Under the pieces are notes generated by a model. The model saw nothing but the letters and a program-made list of their open reading frames with translations. It did not search any database and was not told the DNA's origin. Of a DNA stretch of 64,000 nucleotides, positions 37,683-50,560 are shown in pieces. The stretch spans positions 107,200,001 to 107,264,000 of the forward strand of contig NC_087436.1 of the NCBI RefSeq assembly GCF_036321535.1, written 5' to 3'. The DNA is from Camelus dromedarius (lineage: Eukaryota). Both the position numbers and the translations under genes were made by a program. Position 1 is the stretch's first letter, and every line of letters starts with the position of its first letter.

Positions 37683-40600
37683 ACCATCACTTAGGAAACA
37701 CAATATTGAAAGACTATATAAAACTTTGTCCTCCGAGGTGATGCACATTGCAATAGACATCATTTTATCACCCTTCATCATGTGCCTCTGTGACAAAGAA
37801 AACTAGATATCAGTTTGTTTGTTTGTTTTTTAATGGCAAAGAGAAGAGAAATGTAGAGCCATCCAGCTCCTGACCTGAAGTAGTTTGCAAAATAGTAGGT
37901 AGAAAAGGGTGTGGGCTGAAGACTTGGAGCCCTTCAGTTTCTAAGCCTTCAGTGTCCCTTTAATTATTTAAGAAACAGTCTATTTCTTCAGATAATAAAG
38001 ATATGTATGTGGGATAAATGTTTGAAAAAATGCAGGAAAATGTAAAGAAAGATTGAAAACCACTCATAAATCCACTTTCTGGAGATAAATGAGATAAACA
38101 TAATATATTTCTTTTTTTTTTTTTTTTAGGTGATCCATATGCAGTAGTTTTCAAGAAACAGGGTAGTTTGGCGTTTTGCCTCTTCACACCTAACTACATA
38201 TTGCAGCATTTTTGCTAATCAGTCAGTATTATTTTCAGACATTATTTTTAATGGCCATAGAAATCTTACACTGGATAGCACACATGTTCAATGACTTCCC
38301 TCTTGTTTGTGACCCCTGGCTCCTAACAGGAAGCTAAATTTTGCAGAAAGCAAATCGAGTTTCAGTTCACTCGCTGGCCATTGTGATAGTGTTCTTTGAC
38401 ATTCAGGGCCAGCCTAGATCCTAAATAGAATTTAAAATCAAGGGATTTAAGAATTGAGAGAAAGGTGATTGACAGCTAATCCAGATATTTGGGGAATATT
38501 CACAAGGCCTAAGAAGGAAAATAGTGGGGTTCTCAGGCTCCACCTCCAGGTAACGTCTAAAGCCTGCCCTGCTAAGGTTCAATTAAGATGAGAAAGATCA
38601 GTTAACTTCACGGGAATACCGTAATTCCTGTGATAACAAATGTCAAATGCTGCCAATTTAGCAGTTCTGAGCGGCTGCCTTGTTATTTCCGAGGGTGTTA
38701 AGGGTAGTGTTTGTCAATGGTAGTCTCACTGACTTTTCAAAGTAATTAACTTTGTATCCAAAAATAAACTTAATTGTTTAACCACCAGTGTATTAGGCAC
38801 CATGGGAGGGACGTACACTTTCTTCGGAAATAAATCTGATTCCGTCAGCCTCTAGATTTATTTCTCCAGGAGCCGTGTTATTGTCTTGTAAAATGGCCCA
38901 CCCCTCCCATTATCTCCTAAGTAGCAGTTAGGCTGGGGAGAAAACAGTTGTATTGATACATGAAGTTGGAGGCAGATGCCAAGCTAATTGATCTGAGTAG
39001 GTTAAATGGGAGAAAATACTTCCAAGAATCAATAGAGGTGCTAATTCGGCGCATTGTTGGATAGTGTTTCTTTTTTAAGTGAGCGATTTTCCCAATTACT
39101 GTTTATCATGTTGGTTTTTTTTTTTTTTTTTACCCTGAGTTGATCAGTTTTAACTTTACTACATCTTCTATGATATTGGTTCCCAATGTGTCTTGGGCCC
39201 AAAGTTTTTATCTCCAACCTAGTGACAGGTAGTTTTCCTGGATACACTGCTCTTACAGTGCAAAAACCAAGCTTGGTCTGTTACCAAGATGACTCCAGCA
39301 CGGACAGTTTTCCTCCAACAGCATCTAAAACAGAAACAAGGACCCCTGTCTCACTAGAGTGGATGGACCAAGAAATAGAAGTTGAAGCACATTATTTAAA
39401 TGTGCAAAGACAACCAAGAGACAAACTGAAGATTAATAGCTTGCTAATTAAAAACTGGAAAGAAATGCAAAAGGCATGGATAATGAACGAATGTCTTACA
39501 TTTCCATAGGAGTTCGGAGTGGGTGTCAATAGCTATTGTTCAAGATTGATAGTTCAAGACATTGGTCAACAATGGTTACGAGGAGTGGACAGGGGAAGGA
39601 GTGAAGGGGCAAGGAGAGAGAATTTTCTTTTTTTAATCCTTCTGTGTAATAACTTTAAAATAATGATAACATGAACAAAAAGGTGTTAAGAGTTTGAAAA
39701 GAATAATGAGCACATAAGAAAGAGGAATCCTGGAACCTTAAGAATGTCAGGACTAAAAGAGACCCAGGAGGACACTCTTTTCCCATTCAGCTCCTTTACA
39801 AATGACAGACTAAGAGACAGATGGTTGAATAATAGAAAATATTACAAACATTGAGACACAAAAAGGACAAAGCAGAGTATAGTCTATTGATATGCGTGAT
39901 ATTTTCTTGGAATAATACTTGGAAATTCCTCCTAGCTAACCCCCACCCCCAGGCCTGCTCACTAATGCCTGAGATTCTTTTAAGATGGGACTAAGCCTTT
40001 CATTCCAAAATGAGGGATACCCTAGGGAGAAATTTACACATTAACTCGGGGTTCTGCTTGAGTGAGTCTGACCTAAATTGGAACAAATGTTTAAATGTCT
40101 GATATTAGAAAAGTACAAAGCTCTGAATGCAGAGACAGAGGAAACCCAGCTCAGTATGAACTCAAAAAAGGATGACCAGAGGCATGGGATACAAATAGTT
40201 TACGTCTTAACTGTTTCCTGCTGTGTTATCTGCTCTTGGCTCTCTTTCTCCAGCCTCCTTCTTTCTTTCTGTGCAATGGTCCATGATGTTGTAGTTGTTT
40301 TAATGACTAAAATCAACATCAGAATTGGAATTTCAAGTAGTTACTGTCAGATTTTGGCTGGAATCTTTGGCAGATCCCCCTGCTGGAGTGTTCACTGTCA
40401 TATCAGAGTGGTAATGATAAAGAACCCACACATCAGCTGGTGGCTAACTTGGAACAGAGAAGAACTTTTCAAAGCTTTTCCCAGGGAAATTGGAGTTCAC
40501 TGATTAAAAGAATTTAGACAAACATCAGGGCACCAACAAGTGTCTCCCTGCAGGTGATGTGTTATCATCACCACCATCATCATCATCATCAACACTGCCC

Positions 40601-41483
40601 TTGGGTTGCTAGAATTTATTTCACTTCTCTGAGATCAGCCTGCCCATCTATAAAACGGAGATATCAAACATGGCCCTGCCCACCTTGTAAAAAGACATAA
40701 ATGTGGAAAAACAGATGACGCAAAGATGTGTAGGGAGGCCATTAGAAAGCACTAAGCAAATGTGAAAATAATCTGAAGTGATTCCAAGGTCTTGAGTTCT
40801 TTGAGGTTGGAGACCCCAAAGAGCATTGCATGGAGTGTTGCACATTCTAGATATTGAAATGTGTTTTATGCACATGTAACAGAGAAAATAAGGCAAAAAT
40901 AGACAAAAATGTGAATGATGATACGACTGATTCCATAAGGTGGCAGATGATTCACGAGGGGTATGAATAACCAGTGCTATGATTTCAGTGGACGCTGAGC
41001 CCTCCAGAAGGACTCTGGAATGAAATCATGGAGGAGAAACTTCAGTTGAGCTTTAAAGGACAGATCAGGTTTAGCTAGGTATTGAAGGAAAAAAAATAAA
41101 AAACAAAGATAGAGGCAAAATATAATTGACAAGCGTTTCCAGTTCTTACAATGCATCCAGATATGATTGTCTGGTAGCCCCTTTACATAGAGTCTTCAGC
41201 CTTCCCAAAAACTTTCTGAGGGCTAAATGTAAATACTAGTATGAGTGCCCAACAGTTTATATTTCATAAATAAGCTGTATTCAAAGAGGTTGAGTTGCCT
41301 GAACTAACCAGGGGGAGGCCAGCACAACTGGCTGTTAACCACACTGTAAAGCAGACGTGCACACAATTTGGAAACTACAGACCAGTATTCCTTTGACAGT
41401 TAGATGTCATTGAACCTGCAGAGGGTATTCAGTCCCGACATCCAAGAAGAGACGCTCTTCTGTAGCCTGAATTCTGCATGTGG

Positions 41484-42128
41484 ATCCGATCCTCATTATT
41501 TGCCAACTCCATATTTGTGAATTTGCCTGACGTTTATTGGCCAAAATCAGTGCTTGCAGAGCCTTTGTGGCCGTTTGCAGACATGGGCAGGGCGACAAGA
41601 AATTTGAATTTTGAGTTGCCCTACATTCGCGCTCCCAGCTGCCGTCCAACAAGGCGATGCTCTGCCTTCTGCGTTAGCTCCCGTCCTGTAAACAAGCGTG
41701 CTTTCCAGCATCTGTTTAGTTAGTGCTGTACTTTTCACATTTTTCTTTTTTTGTTGTTGGTGATTGTGCTGTTGAAAATGGCCCCCCTGAGTGTAGTGCT
41801 AAAGTTCTGTCTTGCGCTCCTAAGCACAGGAAGGCTATGGTGTGAGCAAATACATGCGTTGGGTAAGCTTCATTCATGCATGAGTTATAGTGCTGCTGGC
41901 TTTGAGTTCAATGTTAATGAATCAACAATATATATTAAATGAGGTGTCTGTGAACAGAAACACACATAAAACAAGGTTATGTACCGAATGGTTGACAAAA
42001 ATGTGACCTGAGACTCACAAGAACCTAACTCTGTATTTCCCCTGGGAGCAATGGTTCAGTGTCCTCCAACTCAGTGTTCACAGCAACTTTCTGGATGGTA
42101 ACTACCGCAAGTAACAGGAATCAACTCT
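41484..42128 (-). mobile_element. MER82-like Tigger element
   Basis: 'gatcctcattatttg', 'tgagttcaatgttaatgaatcaacaatatatattaaat', 'gtatttcccctgggagcaatggttcagt'. Confidence 0.9.
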
Positions 42129-42898
42129 ATTTCCTTGAAGACGTAGCATGATGCGTGCAGTATCCCTCATGGGTTACATATCACAAATTAATTTATTAGA
42201 TTTACTTAATCCTCTTGGAATAGAAGTAAAGCTGGAGGCAGGGACAGAGGTGGAGGATGCGATGGACAGACAGTGTTCTGAACTAGACGGACAAGCACAG
42301 ATGGGTGAGCACAATAGTGAGGAAGAGGCACCCGTCAGAGCAGCTAGCGAGAGCTGGGTGTTCGAGGTTCTGCGTACAAGATACTCGAAAAGGAAGCAAG
42401 GAGGGGACCGCTGAGCACACGTGAAAGCTGCCCACGGTCTTGTTGTAAAAGGGGCCAGTGCACACAGCTGTGTGGGTGTGCCTGTTGGACTACGCAGCGT
42501 GACCGCCCTCTCCCTGAAAGCCTCGGTAGCTCCCCATTTAGGACCTAGGAGCTCTGCCGTCTCCTCTGCTGTGTCTTTGGCTGTGATCTGCCCATTCCAG
42601 TCCCTCTTCTAAACCATCCCATGGGGCCAGGGCCCATCAAGTCAGAGGAACGTCCAGGCCTGGAGATTGCTCGAAGCTGCCTCTCTTCACAGGTTCAAAG
42701 TTTCAGCGAGGGTTAATGTTTTATCACAGAAATTCAGAGGCTCAGGTAAATTTTGTGTTAGTCTCTATAAAGGCCCTGTGCCCATGCATGCCACAAAAAT
42801 AATGTATCATCAACTTCTTAAGAGTGAGAGTTAACCTGAACAGAACCCTGGCCATAAGCCCAGCTCTGATCTATGCCCTTTACTTTCATTGTCTTTTT

Positions 42899-42938
42899 TT
42901 GGGGGGGGGGGGGTAATTAGGTTTGTTTGTCTGTTTGT

Positions 42939-42986
<48 letters not shown>

Positions 42987-43063
42987 TGGAGGTACTGGGG
43001 ATTGAACCCAGGACCTCGTGCATGCTAAGCATGCACTCTACCACTGAGCAATACCCTCTCCCC
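42899..43063 (-). mobile_element. Full-length camelid tRNA-derived SINE (vic-1 type) with (TAAA)n tail and TSD
   Basis: The minus strand has A-box-like 'ttgctcagtgg' and B-box 'ggttcaatccc'; TSD tcattgtcttttt (42886-42898) / tcactgtcttttt (43064-43076). Confidence 0.93.
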
Positions 43064-43079
43064 TCACTGTCTTTTTGAA

Positions 43080-43255
43080 TCCTTATTATACTGAATCCAG
43101 TATCAAATAGTATGCTGATTATTGTCACCATCCTGCTCTTACAGGTAGAGAAACTAAGGCTTGGAAGGAATAATTACTTTGCCCAAGCTCACTCAGCCGG
43201 TCAGTGCTGGAGGCAAGACTGAAACCCAAGCTGACTGACTCCAGAGCTCAGCTGG
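43080..43255 (-). mobile_element. MIR SINE
   Basis: 'ttacaggtagagaaactaaggcttgg...ttgcccaagctcactcagc'. Confidence 0.85.
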
Positions 43256-45834
43256 ACCCTTCCAGGCCCAATCGAAGTTTCTCCTCCTCCACAGATCTCC
43301 TCAAGACCCCTCTACGGAGCTCAGTGTCCTCTGAAGTTGTTGCACACACAGTCCATCCTCTTCTGTAATCGTACCCTCTTTGTGGCATCAGGTATACTGT
43401 CATTCACAGTTTTATTACAACGTGCCTACCCCAGGGCTTCTCGAGCTCCCCATCCCAAGACCTCAAGTTTGAGAAGGTCAGATCTGCGCGATGAGGCCTG
43501 CCAGGGAGCGTGTCACATTGTTGAAGCTAAACATGTGTCCCAGCCTTAAGGGCTCTGATGGGGGGGGGGGGGGACAGAGATAAAAAAGGGTGGAGGAAAG
43601 TGGTAGTGAGGGGAACAACATGGAAGGAGATTTTTCAAAATAGTAATAACAAAGCTAGTAGAGGGAAAGGAAGATGGGATAGAAAGGAAAATAAATAAAA
43701 TGGCATATTAGTGTGGGTGTGGTAGCGAAGAAACCATAATGACAAAGGTGTCTGTTACCCTGCATATCCCTTGGTTACCCACCCTCCGTGGGCCTGCCTG
43801 AGCTCAAGGCTAGTCATCAGAAAACAAGAGCTCTGACTTCTAACTACTAACTAGTTAGAAAATCTTGAGTGACTCAACCAATTTCGAGTCCACACACCTC
43901 ACTTAATCTCAGCGCTTCTACCCGGTTACCTCTCCCAACCACTGCTTTAGGTGGGTAAGAGCCCCAAATGAGTTCATATTGTGTGAAAACATTTTGGGGG
44001 AAAAAAAGGCATTCAGCAGAATATTCCATTGCACTTCTAAAATGTATTGCACTTCAGCCAGCCTCCAGGTGGAGCCACAGAGATCCAGAGATGGGCAAGA
44101 CCCAGTCGCCACCTCCAGAGAACCCACAGCCCAGGGATGGAGACAAGACGTATTAACAAAGACATTACAAAACGGTATGACAGGCATAATAAGAAAACAT
44201 ATTCCAAGAGTAGGGAATAGTTAACTCTATCGGGAGAGAACAGAGAAAACGTCATAGGAAGAAAACGCAGGTGTCAGTATTTGTTTTACGAAAAAAAACA
44301 AAGGAAGGTGATGAAAGACAAGAGTGAATAAAAATGTCCAGCTTTAAACCCACCTGATTCAGTATCTGAGTAACAATGTATTTGTTAATGTCTGACTCTC
44401 TTTCTCTGCAATTTTAATCAAGTCCTAAAAGACACCTGTGAGATTAAATCACCACCCACAAGACCTTGATCTATCCAGGGAAAATGGACTATTTCAGCCT
44501 CTGTTCCCTGAGCAGAACAGACAAGCCAATTTTGCTTTAAAAAATCAACAGGTAGAGGCATAACAAAGGTCATATATTATGAGGCTGCAGATGGAAATTC
44601 AGCCCCGGCAGTTACATCGACACAGTTATTACTGTTATTACAGCTAAACCTCCTCATTCCGCTGACATTATTAACCAAGACAAACGTGGCCCTGCAGCTT
44701 TATTTCATGGGGTAGATCACCTATTAAACCAAGAACAATATCATTGTCTTTTGCAGCGCTTCCAAAATTGCTTCCTGCCTCGAAGAGGTTTCCTGGGCTT
44801 TTTTTCCCCTTACCATCAAAATAGACACCATCCATCTCGTACATGTGGTTGTATGGCTAGACTCAGCTTTGCATGTACCTGTATATCTCCGCAATATTTA
44901 GTCGGGTAAAGGATGTGCAATTGCAATCATTTGCGAAGCCATCAATATGCTCTCTGAGAATCTTATTTAGGTGCTTACGGAGTGGACCCGCCCCTTAAAA
45001 ATCCCAACATTTATCAGGGTATTTTTTCCTTCTAACCAAAAACGCATGCTTTCAGGGTCCATGAGTAAAACTCTCCCCAGAATGTGGGAGTGCTACCTTT
45101 ATCTAGAGGGAGAAGTCAAGTCCCAGACAGGATAAAGGATTTGACCAAAGCTACACAGCTAAATGTGACCCAACAGGGCCTAGAACTGAGGTCATATAAA
45201 AATGTGGTCACCTCCTTAATCTAGGAAAAATGGCTACTTTTGAAACAGGATCACAAGTCCTTATTTGTTATGTGGGCGATAACTAAAATTCTAACCACAT
45301 TTATCTGGCTTATAGGTTGAGCTGATTTTTGCATGGAAATTTCCCTCATATAATTGTACCTTTTTCACCTCAATTAATTTATTGAGTAAGTCATGTCCAC
45401 ACTCCATACTATGTGCCTTGGATTCGTTTCCATTTGAGAATGCTTCCTCCTTGTCAAAGGAACAAATCCCCTCTAAGCACTGATTATCCTGGAACTGACA
45501 ACATTGACTATTTTTGACGTCGCCCTAGGTGCCCTATATAATTGTAAATAAAAACCCAGACAGAAATAATTACAGTAACCAGTCGACAGCATCCTTGGTT
45601 CTCTTTTGAATGGTAGTCTCAAGAGGCAGAGTCCAGCAAGAAGATGAGGACCCTCTGATCCTTAAGAAAGGGGAAATATCATTTTAGGTTTTGTGAAAAC
45701 TCCAAATGATCAAAGCTTTCCCAGGAGGCCTGCCATATGGCTTGGGCTTTTGCATGTCTTTTCTTGAATTTTCTTCTCTAATAAAACACACCAACATGTG
45801 GCTGTTGAATGACAACACAACAGCAGAACTTGAT

Positions 45835-46285
45835 GTTCCGATGGCATCGAGTTCGGGAGCCTGATCTCCGAGGACCTCTGTGGGCTGCCTCTCCCTTGGC
45901 CTCCACTCTCCCGGCCAAGCTGGCCGACGGCAGACAAGCATGATGAGTGGAGAGGCAGAGCCCGCCAGCCCGCTGGTTCCTCTGGTCTGCGGGCAGCCGG
46001 ACTGATCCCGGGCCAGACCTGGCTCCCCAGCTCTGCGCCTTTTGGCGACCAGCCACCTGGAGTCTGTTCAAATGAACAAGCTGCCTTTTCTTCCTACATA
46101 TTGGTTCCTCCTCCATTTGAAAACAAAACTCTTCCCCATCTGCTTGCTTCTGGGATCGCCATAATTGCATGGAGGATAATTGGCGGCAACTCAATCCGAG
46201 GAAAACCCTGTTGATTCGAAGCACAGTCTCAATAAACGTTTGTGTTTCATCGTTTTGCTAAATGGAGCCTGTGCCCCAGCCAGCT
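45835..46285. promoter_or_regulatory. Small CpG-island-like, repeat-free element
   Basis: About 20 CpGs in about 450 bp with a GC-rich core, in a window that is otherwise CpG-poor. Confidence 0.5.
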
Positions 46286-46679
46286 CTGCTACCGCAGGAG
46301 TGGAAATTAATGGGAGGCATATGAAGAGGAGGGGAAGCGTTGAATGACACTCTACCATGACCCTCTTTGTTTCTAAGAATTCTCAACTGTCAGGGGATCC
46401 ACTGATTTGTCTGGAACGTGTTCCCCCAACCCCCATCCATAAAACATCAAAGTAAATGATGTCAGAATGAAGCCCTAAAAACAGTGGCACTGCCAAGAAT
46501 AGGGCTATTTTCCTGACTCCATGTACTAAACTGTGGCCCTGGATTTGAGTACAGAGCTGGTCAACCCCCATAAAAAAGAAAAACTCATTGCCTTAATGCC
46601 TAACATTTGCTTTCTGAAATGGTCCTTGACTGCCTTGAGAGAGCCCACTCAAGTTTTGTGCACAATCTGAGAAGGGAGT

Positions 46680-47560
46680 GTTGGTACAAGAGAATCAGCT
46701 TGTCATTCACCAGCTGTGTGACCTTAAGCATGTCCTTTTATCTCTGCATCAGGGTCTCATCTCTAACAGGGGTGAAGAATCCTTTCTAAACTCACTGGGT
46801 TGCTGTGAATGACATCGTTCATGTAAGGACTGCATCAGTATCTGATGCGTGGTAAGCTCAGTAAAACTTGGCTACTATTGCTTATTACATTTGCTGTTCA
46901 TTCAGCAAAACTTTATTGAGCATTTACTATCTATCAGGCCCTCCTTTAAGTTCCCGACATACAGCACAGAAAAAGGAAGACGCAGTTTGGCAATCATGAA
47001 CCTTAGAGACTTGTAAGGGAGATAGTCAATAAAGCAAGAAAATAAATTAGGAAACAAGATCGTTTGAAATTGTAACAATTTCTATGAGGAAAAGAAAACA
47101 AAGTAGAAGGGTAGAGAAAGACTAGGGTAGGGATTACCAGTTTAGATAGGATATTTAGGAAAGATGTCTCGAAAGAGGAATTATCTGAATTGCAGCGTGA
47201 ATGCTCTGGCATAAGAAAGAGCTAAGGGGAAGGCCGGTCATGGGTATGGCCTTGATGGATTCCCGGGGAAAAACAGTAGACCAGTGAGGCTGAAACGCAG
47301 CAAACAAGGGACGAGAGAGACATGAGATGAAATCAGAGGATGGCAGGATCCTGTAATTCAAGGTATGTATTCTTTTGTACACAGTGGAAGGCTCTACCAG
47401 GAGCCAGTGTCACATGATTTTTCATGTTTGAATGCTCACTCTGGCTTTGAGAACAACTGTTGGGGGCACGAGCAAGAGCAGACCAAGAGGAGGCTGCAGA
47501 GAGAGGACAGGCTCTTGGATGAGGTGGTAGCAGTGGAGATGGAGAGGGCAGATGCATTCG
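46680..47560. mobile_element. MIR (+, ~46680-46880) followed by L2 3' region (-, ~46895-47560)
   Basis: 'cagctgtgtgaccttaagca'; 'ttcattcagcaaaactttattgagcatttactat'. Confidence 0.85.
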
Positions 47561-48064
47561 AGCCACATTCTACATCAGCAATGTCACCCAGCCTGGTACT
47601 TGCTTACTTTCACCAACCTACTTAAGCTCAGGTTCTGATTTCAGTCCTGAGCTCGCCTGTCCAGCAGCATACACGTAGACAATGGAGAGGGACGCAGTGA
47701 GGTCTATTCAAGGGACCTCTTTTCACGACGCCAGGCAGGCATGATAGGGTGGTGGAACATGCTCTGGGCTTGTAGTCAAAAGAACCAAGCAGAAGCTGGA
47801 CCTCACCATCTCCCAGCTAAGTTACTTTGATCAAGACACTCAACACCCAGCCTCAGCGATTACCTCACCTGTAAGATTAAGGGGTTGTACAAAACCCTGG
47901 AATTGTGAAGATGATATATGTGGAAACTGTTCTGTGAACTCTAATGTGGTATTAAAATATAAGAAAATATTTCCGAACAGAGAGCTGGAACAGATGGTTT
48001 CTGCTTTTCTAGATGTTCAGTGCCCAACCACAGGGCCAACTGGGCCACATCTTGTTTGAGTTTC

Positions 48065-48660
48065 TATATTAGTTTCCTACGACTGCAGCAACAAATTAAC
48101 ACAAACTGAGTGGCTTAAGAGAAATTAATTCTCTCACAGTTCTAGAAGCTAGCAGTCCAAAAGCACAGTATTGGGGTGTGGAGGGTAGGGTATAGCTCAG
48201 TGGTAGAGTGTGTACTTAACACGCATGAGGTCCTGGGTTCAATCTCCAGTACCTCCATTAAAAAATAAATAAATCTTAATTACCACGCCCCAAAAAACCC
48301 CAAGGTGTTGGCAGGACCATGTTCTCTCTAAAAACTCTAGGGAAGAGTCGTTCCTTGCCTCTTTAAACATCTGATAACTCCCAGTGTTCTATGGTTTGTA
48401 GCAACATCACTCCAATCTTTGCCTCCATCTTCACATGGCACTCTCTCCTCTGTGTCTGTGTGCCTCTGTCTTCACATGGTGTCCTCCCTGTGTTTCTATT
48501 TTCTCTTCTTTTAAGGACACAGTCATACTCAGTTAGGGCTCCCCTTAATCAAGCATGACCTCATTTTAACTCAATTACTTCTGCAAAGATCCTGTGGTTA
48601 AACATGGATGCCAGGTGCCAGAGATCAGCACTTCAACATATCACTCCAAGAGACACGAAA
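48065..48660 (-). mobile_element. MaLR LTR (MLT1C-like) carrying a SINE insertion
   Basis: 'attagtttcctacgactgcagcaacaaattaacacaaactgagtggctta', 'caaggtgttggcaggaccatg', 'gacctcattttaact'. Confidence 0.9.
48175..48297 (+). mobile_element. Camelid tRNA-derived SINE (vic-1 type)
   Basis: 'gggtatagctcagtggtagagtg...gaggtcctgggttcaatctccagtacctccattaaaaaataaataaa'. Confidence 0.93.
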
Positions 48661-50144
48661 AAGGAAATATGCAGGTTTAGACTATCCGGCACCTTGCTAA
48701 ACAAGGGAGTGATGCCCAGTTTTGAGTAGCAGAAGATAGCTTAGCAAGAGGGCAAAATCAAGAATCCAGGGGATAGGACCATCAGCAGATAGGATAAAAT
48801 GGAGTAAGTGTGATGTTAAGGTTGAAAATTAAGCTGGAGCCATCTGGTGGCCCCAGTGAGGGTTTTCAAGTTGGAAGAACTGAGGAAAAGAGGGACCAGA
48901 GAGTAAGCCAGCACTGTTATGAGAAAAGGAAGAGTTAAACTGGTGCAACTGGGGTCATTGGGGGTAGTGGCCACACACAATGGACACTGCCTAGGCATTC
49001 CATTTGTCAGGCAAAGAGTAGGTTACAAAAAAAAAAAAAAAGCAACAACAAAGAAAATGATTCAAGGAAAGCAGGTTTCAAGTTCTGCAGTTCATTAATT
49101 GAGCACAGGTGGAAGCCCTAAAGAAATTAGACTGTAAGTCTCTCTGAATTGTATGTGTGTTTGACGGTGTCTCAGTCTGGCAGGGAGCCCTGTTCTTAGG
49201 CAGACAAGTTGGAGAATTAAAAAAAAAAAAGTAAAAAAGTCTACCTTTGTCGGTTTCCTATTTTGGTTTTTGTTTCAACAAAACTTCAATTTAAACCTTT
49301 CATGAATGTATGCCGAATTTCACTAAACAGAGATAGTAAGCCATAATCTCAACTTTAACATTTTTCTTTTCTTAGCTGGGGGAGGGACTCTAATCCTGGA
49401 ATTAACTAGGTACATTTAAAAAATATTCAAATGGAGCTTCATGGGATGTCTTCTGAAAGAAATTAATTCAAGGAATGTCGAATTTCATGTAGAAAGGAAA
49501 GAATCAGAATATTCACTCTCCACAAGAAATCACAGAGGCTTTCAGGGATCAAAGCAATAGGCAAATCATTACCCTAGTGCTCGTGGAATGAAATGTGGAC
49601 CTTGAATCCATAAAGTGGAACCGACGGGGTTCATGGGATCAAGTACTGCCATGTGAATTTCACTATATATAATTTCACCCACATACGTCATATCAAACCA
49701 TATTAGCACACATTTGGAAGCACCAATGCTGTACCGACCTCTGAGAGAGATTCAATATGTTAGTGTAGATGTATGTCTCTGTTATATGTTTACTTACCTA
49801 TCTGCCACACTGGATGGAAAGCCCCCTAAAAGCAGAGGCCGTCTTTCATTTCCATATCCCTGGAGCACTGTTTAATCAAAACCCAAAGAATAAATTTACC
49901 TAACATATAAATATCTCACTTCTTCCTAACTCCGTGAGAGAAAGCTCTCTGGGAAGATGACATCTGATCTGAGGTTTAAAGGAAGAATAAAGGACATTCC
50001 AAGCAGACAAAATAAAATGAACAAAAAGCATGAAAGTAGGAAATCATCACGTGAAAATTAGAAAAATGGTAAATTTGAAGTTAAGGTAAAAAAATTACAG
50101 TGGTCCCACATAAAGGATCCCAAACTGTCTTTCCAGACTTCAAT

Positions 50145-50560
50145 ATCAGTTGGGGTTCACCTAGAAACAGAAACCACCCTAGCTGTTTTAATCAGGAAGG
50201 GATTTAACATAGGGAATTGGGAGTTTATAGGCTTCTTGGAACTGCTGGACTGTATCTATAGGAGCACCACCTGATCTGCATAGACAAGTCACCAGGACAG
50301 CTACTGTACTTGAGACCAATACAGCTGTGCCAGATCAGGAAGTCAGAGCCTCCTCAGATACTCCACCATGGTTGCCTCCAAATGCCCCGGAAGTTGGCGA
50401 CAGTCAGTGGAACGCTTCTGCAGAAACACCTGCCTATCCATGCCCTTGTCTAAGAATGGCAGGAAGATGGCACCTTCCAAATATTGCACAGAATCTCTTA
50501 TTGGTAGAACCAAATTCAAATCCAAAGCTTTATCCATAAAGAATTCTAGGCAATGTAATT
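50145..50560 (-). mobile_element. ERVL-class LTR remnant (LTR33/41/78-like)
   Basis: 'tatcagttggggttc...agaaacagaaaccaccctag...ggatttaacatagggaattgg'. Confidence 0.55.

Noticed and set aside
42990..43063. tRNA gene (also 48185-48257)
   Set aside because: The A/B boxes belong to tRNA-derived SINE heads that carry A-rich SINE tails; the 42.9-kb copy also has a clear TSD.
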